From contig NMRA01000050.1 in the NCBI GenBank assembly GCA_002633005.1, forward strand, positions 323,679-387,678: a stretch of 64,000 nt of DNA. The letters run 5' to 3'. Source of the stretch: Phoronis australis. Taxonomy: Eukaryota; Animalia; Phoronida. A program made the position numbers and the translations under genes. The notes under the pieces are model-generated. The model did no database searches. It saw only the letters and a list, made by a program, of their open reading frames with translations, and had not been told where the DNA came from. Below are positions 47,437-60,242 of this stretch, piece by piece (within the stretch, counting starts at the first letter, position 1; each line of letters begins with the position of its first letter).

Positions 47437-50400
47437 GGGTATTTTGGCTTCACAAGCATTGCTTCGGGTGGATAGTTTGGATTTATGTGTCCTTGTGAAG
47501 GGATAAACATTAGAAGTGACGAACAGTGGGGAGCTCCGTATGGTTGAAGTGTCTGTCGGCTGGCAAATAACGTGGAATCACCGTGAATTTCAAGATGATG
47601 GCTCGTACGTTCTTAGTTTCAGCCAACTTAACAAATGCGTGTTGCTAGTTAATTTCAAGCAGTGTCGGAATTATTGTTTAATGGTGAATTATTCTCTTAC
47701 GAGTGCGCTGCATTCATAGATTTGATACTAGTATTCAACATATTACAGAACTCCTCCAGATGCTCTTTTCTACTCTGTTAGGACGACACCTATGAAACAA
47801 GTAGGCCTACGGGTACGGTCTGTCTAATCAGACGTTCCCACGCATCTGCTAAAGCCACCAAAGAAGGGGGCGGAGGTTAAAAAAGTTGTCGGGAGAGGGG
47901 TATAACAACAGTCTATAACCAGGCACAGCAGCACGTTGACTGATTGCTCTTCCTGTTCCTTACGAGGGTTTCAGACTTTTTGACATTTTCCTACAAATTT
48001 ATTGTTATTTAGCTTCAAAAACGAACACTATGAAACCTACTGCGCATGTCTTAAGTAACTACACCACTGTTTAGTGAATGTTCCTGATTTGCTTAGTGTG
48101 ATTGCTTTTGATACATTCAGTTAGCGATATCCCGCACGGCGTTTTCACTATGTTCTTGAGTATACTACGGCCTCATTGCTTCCCGGATACTAGGCTTGAA
48201 AGGTGAAGGGACATTTTTACGTGTCTACTATCACCCTCCGGGCTGTGATGTTTTAGTTGCATGAGCTCGAGAGCGGACACAGTGTTGGTGGGACCTTCGA
48301 CGGAGTGGGACGACGGAAAAGACTTGGGAGTACAGCTTGGAGTATAGCCCTGTATCACCAACCGAACTCACAGTCATTTGGTGTTGTTCACCTGGAACTC
48401 CATGTCCCCTGCAAACCACACGACGTCGCCCCACCAGTCAACCCTCGCGAGGCTTATCTTTACATTACGTGCAGCTACAACTAATCAATGAGCTACATTG
48501 TGAACGATCATTCACACAAAGCCCTATGTACAAAAATTACTGAATTTACCTGAATACTCAAGCTGCTTCGTTCATTCCATAGCACGTCTGTAAAACGAAA
48601 CTCTTCCTCACGTACATCAGCGTTAGTATGATCTACTCACGTTTACGGATCTGTTGTAAACTAACTGAACGCTGGCAGAACTCACTGATGTTGATCTATG
48701 GGTTGCACGTATGGGCTGTCATTTGGTATTGATCCGACTTGAATACACAAAACCACACAGCTCTTTAGTACAATAGCCAACGTCCTATTTCTGTGTCAGG
48801 CGTAATATAACAAGAGCGGGTCAAGCACAAGCATGACTGCAGGGCGCTCTGCCATTCAGCCGGCTTCGGTTAGTCAAACGGCCAACGAGGGCAGAAGACG
48901 AAATATTGTCCGATCTTGCGAAACCGTCCGGAGGCTTCGCTCCACCAAATGCATATTTATGATGTGGGAATGTGTATGCATTATATTATCTGATGCACTA
49001 CCATAGCGGCTCAATTACTTTGGCCACTCTGGTGAAATAGTGAAAACATGCTTAGAGTTCTTAACTGAGACCGGTTTTGTGTTTTGTATCGTCCCCGGCC
49101 CTCTATACTTTCAAGCAACGAGATTTTTACATAACTATCTGTAACCATTCCAACAGTGTTCTGAATGATCAAAACTTAAAATCCTTTGGAACATTAGAAG
49201 ACGGCTTTGTATTTTTTTCTAAAAAAGTGGAAACTATATTTTTCATTTTGGTCAGTATCAATTACGTCTGCATTGTGCATGCTAATAGTTTGTTTTTAGC
49301 AATTTTACTATTTGATATTTTGAAAACATAAGGATCGTCAATTTCATTAGTTATTCAAAAAAAACTAAATGAAAAATCCTCATGAACGCAATTGTTCTTT
49401 TAGACATTAAGACAAAAATTTTGGATATCGATGAACATGAAACTCCTGCATTAAAATTGAATATTTTAGACGAAATCGGAATAAAGTTGGCACTAAGACG
49501 GCCAATTTTTCAATTTTCGCATCCCAGACGGATTCTTCTAAAATTTGGTACGTGGATAGATATCGTCAAGAGCTATCGATGACTGCTCTTTTGGCTGATG
49601 ACTGCTCTTTTGTTGATTGACTTCTCGTGTCGAAACTCCGGCGTTACAAAACGCCAATTTGGCATGTGGATAGATACCACAAAAAGTTTCAACTACCCGC
49701 GTTGTTAAGTTATTTGATATTTAGTGACACTGGTACGTTTCTCAGGCTTGAGTGCATACGCAAGTCTCGGGGTTAACGCACAACATGGGCTCTGTACCCT
49801 CCCTGTTACTCAAGGGCAACAGTTCGAGATCTTTTGCCTTCGGTCGAAATCGAACACTAGGCGGCGTTTTTACATCCACTGTTCCGATTTTCAGCTTTAC
49901 GAACGGACATAGTCTCCCGCACAGACCCACGAGCAATCCGTGACGTCAGCTTGTGATGCCCGGGAACCAGGTTACGAACGGACATAGACCGTCGCTGGGG
50001 AATTTTCCCTTAGCAGAGCTCTTGCTTTGCGGTTCTTAAGTGATTCGATCTTCATAAATATGTGTTGTAGGTAGATAGATCTCGTTGAGGACTATGTAGC
50101 GTACTCCAGTTATTTGACACTTTTCACGACTGCTCTTTTAATGATTCGGACTTCTCGTCGAGGTACCGGTACTCTAATTTCCCTGGCTCTTGTACGTTTC
50201 TGAGGCCTCAGCGAAGTTATACGTCTCAGAGTTCAAGCACAACATGGCTTCTATACCCTTCCTGTTACTTGCACGACCCATCTATAATTGTCGCGTTGAA
50301 TAACTCGAGGCCTATTGTTTTTTCAAATCGGAATCAAGGTGGCGCTGTGTGGCGACAATTTTTCACGTTGCGGAGCTGTATCTACGGCTTCCCTCAATGA

Positions 50401-50685
50401 TGAGACTGGTTTGTGTGGAAACGTTTTGTTTTCATCACCATTCCCTTACGATTGACCCGGAAGCAAATTCTAAGTAGTCAAACCAAAATTTACAAAAAAT
50501 GATGAGCTCTCTAAGAAATGCACTGCCAAATGGACAGTAGGCCTGATAAATTTCCCCTTCTTTTACGGATTTCGAGATTCTTGTTTCTTAGAAAAATGAT
50601 AAGAAAATGAAAATTGACAAAATATACTCATTATGTGTGATCTGTTCTGCAGGTAAGGCTCGGGAACCATCTACATATATCCAAG

Positions 50686-51386
50686 CAGGGCCGTAGGAAG
50701 CGGGGGGGCGGGTGGGGGCACGGTCCCCGAAAAAAAAAATTCAGGCGTCTGGTTTAAACCGTGGCAACCGACATAGGCGTGGTGCCGGGTATAGTCGAGA
50801 AAAGAAAGACAGCGAAAAACGGATAAGAGAGAACATTCAAAAGAACATTTAACAAATCTGCATCAGTGCATGGTTTACCTTTTGAGCACCCTGGTCAGAA
50901 CATTGTCGTTAGGGTCTTCGCTTTTGCAGCACGGGTCGTCTAAACGTACACATATATTTCGAAAAATCGAGAATATTTGTAAAGCGAAGCTTTTGCTGAG
51001 CGTTCTAATTTAGTGGATGTTTAAATTCAATAAGTCAATTTTGTGAATGCAAAACTATATTTTTGCAGAGGCCCCTGTCTGGCAAGGGATAACGGAGACT
51101 CAGTGACAACTTTCGCTTTATTTTTTTCTCTTAACTGTATATCACTTGAGCAAAAAGGATGACCTGACAGATAATATCAATTGCTGCGCATTTCCTCAGA
51201 TTTGAAAATATAGATATTTTCATATTTAGGGGCCCCGCCCTTGAAAGAGGCCATTGATGACATTCAAGTGGCCACCTTTGTGTTTTTATTGACAAATTTT
51301 AAGGGGTTGCTCACGGAGAGAGGGCCCGATTACCTCTATTTTCCTGGGTTTTTTTTGTGAAATCGTGCTTTCATGTTGAAGGAGGT
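50686..51386 (+). mobile_element. Same element, copy 2
   Basis: Direct-repeat homology to 46759-47436, ending at gaaggaggt. Confidence 0.7.
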
Positions 51387-52859
51387 CACCCCCTGCATCG
51401 TTTTGGGACCACGCGATGGTGGAATGAACTGTTATTTTTTTTCCAAGCTTGATGTTTAGCCTTTCATCTTAAGGTGTCCCATTTCAGACGGTACCCTCTT
51501 TCGGTGGAGCAGTTCGGGGTAAATGTCCTTTTTTCCCTTTATATGCAAGTATATCTGAGCGTGCACGACAAGGGTACACAGGCACTATACTGATCTGCGC
51601 GTGCACAGGTGTACACAGGCACTATATCTGCGCGTGCGCGACATACAAATAATATATTAACAGTTCATTCCACCACTTTAAAATAGATTAATTTTGACTA
51701 TTTCTAAGAATGGTATGACATGTCATAAGATGTTGATAAGGAATTAATATTAAGGAATGGTGTAATATAAGATCTAAGTTTTTTCATCAGTCCTAGTAAA
51801 TTATACGAATTCTTGTCACTAACCAAAAACAATCCTAAGAATAATGCTGTATACGATGATAAGACTAATATATGTGAACGATGATCAGTCTCATCAGAAT
51901 TCATCATATCAACCAAAATGGAGGAGCAAGATTTTTACAAGAGCATTACTTATTCTAAGTTTAGAAAATATGATTAAGACAGTGAAGAAGACGAACAGTA
52001 CACAGTGTCTATTTTGTTACGTACAAGTTCATTAAGATTGACGGTAAATATAAGGCCCAAAACTAAGCCTTTGAACCAGCAAGGAGCAATGTATATTGCA
52101 TGCAGAAGGGCACGGACTTCTGTGTACCTCCTGAGGGGCGTACATGTAGCTAGGATGGAGCGAGATTCGTCTCGTGCGGAACCCTCTCCGGAGGGGAGGA
52201 GGGGGGAGAGAGAGGCGACACAACAATTCGTGATGATCGGCACTAAACATTTTAGCATCAGAAATATTACATAGATTCATTCAAGTAAGTCAGGCACAAT
52301 CATTTTAATCAATAATCCACTGGTGCCACCTGCCGCCCCGAAGTGTTGTACCAGAGGGTTCCAATTCAATCCCGTCCTGCAGCCATTCTATTGCTGCTTA
52401 TGAATTTCTGTAATTACATCACGTTTCGCCTTTTATAGTTTCTAAACGTGAATTGAAACATTAGAACGTTCTAGAAACCATGTGTAGTTAGTTGTTGCAA
52501 CAAGAGGGGGTTACATATACTAAACTTGACAAATATCCGTGGCGTTGGCACATTGAATTTTGGAATTAAATGCTGAATGACGTCAATATGAACATGTGTC
52601 TTAAAACGCTACACAATATTACCACAAGTCAAACTTTAATAATTCTGCTAAAATTAATGATTGCCTAGAGGCATTTCAATAAACGCAGTATACATTCATT
52701 GACCGGCCTTGGTGCTTTACAAGCTTCATTCAAGGTGTAAAGACATATCAAATCCAAATAGAAAAAATATTCTATAAAGAGTTTGTCTCACCCACTTGTT
52801 AGACAAAATACAGGCTCTATTTTCTATTTTTGGTTATACTAATTGTAGCTCGCTACATA

Positions 52860-53075
52860 AATATAGACAATCTAAATCCGTGGTCATGATCATAATATAG
52901 AATAGTGCACTAAATATATAGAACCTCTAAATCCATGGTCATGACCATCAATATAGAATAGCGGTACATAGGTAGACACTCTGTAGCCATGGTCATGAAC
53001 ATAAATATAGAATAGCGTGCTCCATATATAGAAATTCTAAATCCATGACAATAACCATAATATAGAATAGCGCAC
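52860..53075. repeat. Diverged ~58-bp minisatellite
   Basis: atataga..tctaaatccatggtcatga..ataatatagaatagcg repeated about 4 times. Confidence 0.75.
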
Positions 53076-54539
53076 TAATCCCTCTATGTAAATCCGACAC
53101 TGCCAAGCTTTCACGAGGGAAGCTGAGATTCCATATTCATCAGAAAAAACAAAACATTCTTGCACAGCGCAGCCATTCGACCCAAACAACCAAAAATTTG
53201 AAAATACATGCAGTAGGATTGCCACCATCGAAAGAGTGGAATTTTGAAGAACGTGAAGACCACTATTTGTGAATTACACGCACATTAAAGGAGTATTTCC
53301 GATGGCTAGTTATAAAATAATGTTACTGTTTCCCGTAGTATCACAAGCATAGTATCTCTTTTGATGGTGGTTACTACGAGTTGTTTGTTGAAGGAATTAC
53401 CACATGTGGAAAACACTGCCGTCTAGGCTACTATTTGTAATGATCGTGTACATGTCGAAAGGGGTACGCAAAGTACTCTCGCAATCATACACAAAGATTT
53501 CAGCGTATTTTTGTCAGTGGAGTTCAAGTTTACATCCTGAACCGTTTTAGGTACCTCTGAAGATATACCTTAATACGAATGCCCCTATCTCCCATATTCC
53601 CCCGGTTACTCGTCAAAAGTCTGGGAACATGCAAATTCGTTGGTTTCTGATTTACATGTTTATGTACAGCATCTACGAATATCGGTAGATCTTAGAAGCT
53701 AATCTTGTAAGAAAAGGTGATAATTCAGTGAATTTAATTGCAGCCTGAAGATGGAAAAACTTTTTAATCCGATCCCCAAGTAGTAAAGTAATTACACTTT
53801 AGACAATTTTTTCATATCTAAAATAACCCTAAGACATTGATGAAATTCGTACACACAAACCAAAGATAGAAAAAACGTTTTAAAAATCCTTAAATAAAAA
53901 CAAACTCGTTTCTTGGAAAGGTTGTCTACGCAGTTTCTTGGTGTTTTTAGTTTCCAATAGTACTGAGTAATGAAGTTCAAAACTTTCTATTCACCACTTA
54001 TGTATACAGTTCAACATATATAAATTTTGTAATTACCGATATCTGTAGTTGTTTAGTTTGTCATAATATATATGACCTTTTATCTCATCTACACGTCTTG
54101 TTTCACTGTAAAGTAGCTTCGGTATCGCTTCGCAGGTAGCGCATATAAAGTGTTGTACGCGAATGTCTAATCTGAACCCGACCAGCCATTTACGAGATGC
54201 GAAGTCCTGAAGTCAGCCATGTTTGGACATTTTCTGGGGTCCTACAGAAGTTAACAGTTTAGATTAAAAAAAACATTTTATTACGTCATCGGGACGGCAA
54301 CATACCGAGGCACAAGTGTAGAAATTTTTATGAGCGGGGACTCGGCAACTCTGTGGATATAAAGATATCTGTTTTAACACGTAACACCGCACCTGTCTTG
54401 TTACCAGGTAAGTGATTGTAACGTACAAGTTCAGTGGAGAGACAGTTTTTATCAAACTTACATTTGCCTGTAATAACATTAACACAATTATCATTCTACC
54501 GTACAGACATGTGTATCGGTAGCAACAGCAGGTCATTAG

Positions 54540-54730
54540 AAACTACGCTACGACTGCTGTTCACTCAAACTGTGTATAGCAACGGTACGTCAATAGTAAC
54601 GACGACTCTTGTTCCTAATCAAACTGCGTATAGCAACAGTACGTCAATAGTAACGGCGACTGTTGTTCATAATCAAAAAAAATCAAATGTGTACAGAAAG
54701 AGTACGTCAACAACAACACTCATTGTTCAT
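54540..54730. repeat. Diverged ~54-bp tandem repeat
   Basis: aaactg.gtatagcaac.gtacgtcaatagtaacg.cgact.ttgttc repeated about 3 times. Confidence 0.7.
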
Positions 54731-55622
54731 ACTTATAATGCTATAATCCAACTGTCATCGCAAAAATGACCACCGACTTACCCGGTTATGACATTGGTCT
54801 TAAACTGTTTCGCGATTCCGATTTCAAGGCTTCTAAAGAAACGATAGTTCGTTATTGCTTGAGACACTGCAAAGCTCTGCGAGTTGGCGTGTCACCGCGG
54901 GACCAATTTGATAGCAGTAAATCGTCTAATCAAAATTTCGCTTCTAGTTGGCTGTAATGAGGGTTCATAGCGGCTCTAAATAAAATGTTCTATAGGTCTA
55001 ATCATACAGGAATAACAAATTGATATTCATAATGGTCATGTCAAGTTTGCCGTGTGAACAGAACACATTTTTAAGCTAAAACCTTTTAAAATCAAAACGT
55101 CGCACACGTAGCAGATCTTCCACCTGATTGGTAACCGGCCTACTGAGAGATTGTGGAAGATTGTGGCCAGAGTTAATCCGTTGAAAGCAAAACACTAACT
55201 CAGTGACGGCGAAAAATCTTCCCCCATTATTATTAGGCCTAATGGGAAACTGTGAATTCAATCCCCACCAACCAAGCTGACCAATCACTTCAAGCCCCCA
55301 ATTTTGTTAAGATAGGCAAGGAGATCTCAAGTTTTTCATTCGCGTGATTTTGCAACGGCTTGCAAGATTCACGCAAGAAACTGGGCCACGGGAATACTTC
55401 CTCTACCAGTTACTAGCGTTCAGCCAATACCTAAAATATATGTTCATGTATAGGACAAACCACCACACTCACTGCAACAAGCACGCTAAATCATTTAGCT
55501 GAACTCTGAATTTTCACATCAGTGGACATAACCCATAATAAACATGAGCAACGCGGACTGAGCCCACGACTGCAAAGCAAACGGTGCTTAAATGGCGCTT
55601 GTATTAGTACCACAAAATCAGA

Positions 55623-55876
55623 CATGCGCGCACCCAGCCTAAAAATGGGAGACACAAATTTTTCAGAATGAGGGCCTTTTACTACTAAGATCGAGCTGTG
55701 AGTTGTGCATTCGCCGAACTTTGGCAGTTCCTGCCTTGTTAGTGGGCTTTTGTCTAGTTTTCTACATTTTTTAGAGTTTTTGTTTCTCTGAGGCGGACCT
55801 TAATTTTTTTGCCCACTTCGACAAATGGGGGGGCTCCTTTGAGACCCCCCCCCCAAGCCCCCGCCCTGGGTGCGCG
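55623..55876. mobile_element. MITE, same family as 28366-28645
   Basis: catgcgcgcacccag ... ctgggtgcgcg. Shares the internal tttgtttctctgagg.ggacc..cccacttcg.caaatggggggctc. Confidence 0.7.
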
Positions 55877-57984
55877 AATTCTCTTAGCATAGAATATCAG
55901 TGCCAAACGCGTCCAAAGATGGGAAGGTATCGTCGCCGAACAGAAACCTGACAGCCGGCGGTGACGGAGTCACCGGACTACTCTTGTAATCTGATTCGCA
56001 TTCACACATTTGCCAATACGCTTGAAATGGTGATAAACTGAGCTGCAAATTAAAATTGAAACTTCAACGTCTGAACTCATGAATATGAGTCAATTTATGA
56101 GAAATCTACTCTTTATATGCAGTCACCGCTCATGCATACCACACGGCCTGCACCCAGTTGAAGAGCGCCCTAGTGTGGATGCCAGTTAAAACTGCACTCC
56201 ACAATACAGGCTTTAACTCTCTGCAAACGCCAGATAAAAACAATTTGGGTGCAATAACGCCCACCATTGTTAAGAAAGTAGTGCTAGCTATTACGGTTAC
56301 CTGTCCACTTCATTAGCTCAGATCTACATCAATACAAAGGGCGTGCTGAATGGGCAATATAAAAGTTGTCTGGGGCTTAGGGAATCAGAGTGGTGACCAG
56401 TGTAAGCGAGAAATTCTCAATACCGGTTGTGCGGAGTAAGTTTTGGCTGTGCCCCTAAGGGTGGTTTCCACACGCTATTATATACCTTACGAAATGTTGC
56501 GTGGATTTTTAAACTTTTGACATTGCCATGAGTTTTACGCACAAGGAAATCATTTTTATCACATTAAATGATGATGATTTCAAACCACTGTGTACCTACA
56601 ACCACACCACCGATATTCATCGCACAGGAAATTCACTTCTCAAACTACATGTATTGTGACAACACAATAGTTCACTTATCATGAACAAGCTACTGTTTTA
56701 AACCAGACTTTCCATCGATGTGAATATAACGTTGATGACACATTCCAATATTACCTCATTAAATATTTTTGTCTATGTATGTTCACAACAATAATAGACA
56801 GCTGGACATTAAATGACATCACATACTTGTGCTGCCACACAGTGGACGGCCATTGAACATTGGAGTGTCTAACAAAATCCCAATTGAACTCTCCAGACTT
56901 CTCGTCTCCCAGACTAACACAAGGGAACTAAACATTTCTTGGACACAGTTTCAAAGGATGAGAAGTCAGTTGTAAATTTGGTTCCAGTTTTCGCTATTAG
57001 GAAGTAACCATACAACACACAAACAGTTCCAAACGTTCTCTATGGCCAGCTAAGTCAAGAGCAACATTGAAAAGAACCCTTTGAACCATTTTGAATAGGT
57101 GCTTTTATTGTAAAAGGTTTGAGCTGGGGTAATTAAAGGATCTTCCTAAATCTCATGCCATTCTGAAGCTGTGCCAGAAAAATGCCAATTTCTAATCTGG
57201 CATGACACTGATATGAAGATATAAGTTTTGTAACAGTCCTATGAGTATACACCATTTAAGAAACATGATCAGTTTTACGACCAAAAACGTATTTTTGTAA
57301 TTATAGTTGGATGGAATAGACTAGTAAGCTTTGACTATTGTAAGAACTACAAAACAAGAAAATCCATTGCTTTGCGATTTTAATACAAAGCACCTCACCA
57401 ATGTCTGCCAGAAATCAATGCTGGTCATTCTAGCAATTAACTTCACCTATTAAAAATACTTTGCCATTTATCGACTGGGGTTTATCTGCATGAGCAGAGC
57501 ATAATATAGCAACAGATGGGACTGATCTCATAAAATAACTTTTCTCCACAATGACAACTTTAAACAGCAAATAGCATTAAAGGCAAATGTAGCTAACTAC
57601 ACCAGTAGTTCATGACAAAACGAGAACAAAAATATCTTACAAATGTTTAGAATAAACTACTGCACAAGAGCATTCATTTATAAAATGGGGCATAGGCACA
57701 AGATTAGCTTCCCTAGGCCTTCAAAATTCACAGTTTAAAGCCCAGCGCAGCACTAACTGGGTCAAGTCAAAACTGCTACAGTTTGAAGTTTGAGCTTGGT
57801 TTGTAATTAAAATCACTAATAAAATCAATAGTTTTGAATTAATTAAAGAACTTCACGTGATCCATGGTTTTCTCATATTTCACTAGGAATACTAACGTTC
57901 TGTATTAAAAAATAAAAAGGATTTCACACAACCAAAATCCTCAAGATGGTGCTGCAAGAAGCTTCAACATGCAATACAAAGAAA

Positions 57985-58578
57985 CTCGCTGGTTCCTTGT
58001 GTGCCGCTAGGTAGTCAGTAGCCAGCACGGAGGTATCACTTAATTTTCTTAAAGAAATTTTTTTACACTGGCGTTTCTGATTGGCTAGTCAAATTCTCAA
58101 CAGGCAGCGCTTTATGCAAACAAACTAGCATCATAGATACTCTATAGTCTATGCTGGCATGACTGATGGATTGAAGTGTAAATGAGGTCTGATGTACAGA
58201 CAAATCGGTGCTTAAAATTTATGTTCAGGAAACGTGAATCCTAGAAATTGTGGTTGCGCCTTTTTGGAATGTATCTTTCTACTGTCGAAGACTTCTGTTT
58301 ACGATACTGTCCTGTATTCATACAGTATGAATAATCCACCAGTTAAATTAGCCTGATGATGTATGTGCTTCAAGCACGCTGCTATTGAACATCACTGCAG
58401 GAACGAAATAGTTGCTGCGACGCCACTTTCATGACAAAGTTAAAAATCATTCACAGTCCGCCATTTCTTACGGTGTTGTAAAGCTAACCAATGACTGCTG
58501 AGGTTACATCAACCAATGTTAAAGCGCGTGCCACTGCGTGATACCTGCGTGCTGGCTAGGCAGTAGGACACCAGTGAG
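57985..58578. mobile_element. MITE (MULE/hAT-like) with 8-10 bp TSD (TACAAAGAAA) and inner inverted repeats
   Basis: tacaaagaaa|ctcgctggttcct ... aggacaccagtgag|tacaaagaaa. Inner 21-bp IR tagccagcacggaggtatcac (58019) / gtgatacctgcgtgctggcta (ending 58558). Confidence 0.72.
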
Positions 58579-59447
58579 TACAAAGAAACACCAAAAACCA
58601 ACAGCCTTAAATATTCAATTTATATTCACAATAAAAGCCAAAAAAATAAAACATATAAATTTAAAATCTGAAAAATATCATGAAAGATGATAAATCGTGA
58701 AAAGACATCAAACAAAACATGGAATGTTATCTCAAGGGAATGTAGAAAAGTTAAATACCAAAGTGATTAATGGCAACTTTCAAACCATGTATAAATTCTC
58801 AGGTTGGTTGAGCACTGATAGTAAATTCATGGACTATGTTGCCATGCTTTTTCTCAGAGGCTGAATCCAATGCAGCAATGAGGAGTCCCTTGTTTCCACG
58901 GAGTACGTTTCATGAAGAGCGACTTAAGTCAGACATTTTGGCTCAAGCTCTACACAACTATTATGAAAAACAATTAAAATCTCATTCTGACTTAAGTAAA
59001 TGTTCACAAAGTCTGAAAATATACACAAAACTGCTTATTACTAAGATAATTTCCATAAATTACATTTAGACTGTAATGCACACATAATTATTTGGCTAAA
59101 GCTTTATTCAGTACTTGTGATGTGGGAGCATAGGATCAAGTTGATGTCTTAAAACTAAGTGACATTCATGAAACAGGCCTCTGGTGTATTCTCACTTCAC
59201 ACTCACTGAATAATGTTTATCCACATAGTGATTATCACATTACAGATGAGTAATAATTTATACAAAGTATCTCAGTAACTAGCAGTAATGAGTACATTCT
59301 CAGGGCGTTTGTACTTTTGCTGACCTGAGATTTAAGCATTTTGCAGAAATAGTGCAAGACCAAACTTATGACTAGGTCATCAATAATTTTTCATGAAATA
59401 AACCTGGAGTCAACTGCACACAGCCAAGACTCATCCCTGGGAGCTTC

Positions 59448-59746
59448 CTACGGTTCCACAGTGTGAGACTGGTCCAACATACTGTCATCTGTGAGCAGTT
59501 TTGACTCATCAAAGGTCATGTCAAGGTTACTTAGGTCGCCAGGTTCCACCAATAGGGAGTCGTCCACTTCCACAGGTTCCACAACTGTGGCGCCCTCTAC
59601 TGCCACCCCTGATTCTTCATACTGACTCCCAGTGTCAGCCTTCTCGACAGTGAGTTCCACAGTCATCGGGGCTGGGTCAGTGGATGTAGCCTGTTGAAGG
59701 TTATCGGTGTCATGTCTGGAAGTTACCTGTGTTTCTTGATCAACAG
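59448..59746 (-). CDS. Terminal coding exon of an unidentified gene (acidic, low-complexity C-terminus)
   Basis: ctgttctatttcag acceptor. Open frame AVDQETQVTSRHDTD...DQSHTVEP*, E/D/T/V-rich. Followed by long UTR-like DNA. Upstream exons were not identified in the window. Confidence 0.65.
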
Positions 59747-60123
59747 CTGAAATAGAACAGAAACACATTACTGCAGTGACTGATGTTGCTTCCTCTCCCC
59801 ACATCCACCATATAAAATGCCCTCACTCAAAACATTATTTGTATTCTGACAGATTTTTCATTTGTAGAAGCAAAATCACTGACTTGCAGCAAAATCGAGC
59901 ACAATCCAACCAACTCAACCCAGATGAATGGATAGGGCGAAGAGAAAAGCATTTTAAGGCAGCCTAATCTATTAGCTCATTGTCAATGAGAATCATTTGC
60001 AAAAGTAAGCGTCTTTTCCAAATGAATTCACAACTGCAATCTACGCAGGTGATGTAAACGTGTAGCACACCAAATCAAAAATTACTGGCATTTCAAACCT
60101 ATCGGTGGCATAGCAGGAGATAT

Positions 60124-60242
60124 ATAGTTTATACAACGTACGTGTTTGTACCAGTGGTTATGATATCGAGATTCGTGATATGCATATCACGAATCGAGAT
60201 ATAATAACACACTGGTACAAACACCTACCTTGTATAACCTAT
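60124..60242. repeat. About 119-bp near-perfect loopless palindrome centred on GATATGCATATC
   Basis: Arms ttatacaacgtacgtgtttgtaccagtggttatgatatcgagattcgtgatatg / catatcacgaatcgagatataataacacactggtacaaacacctaccttgtataa. Confidence 0.9.
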
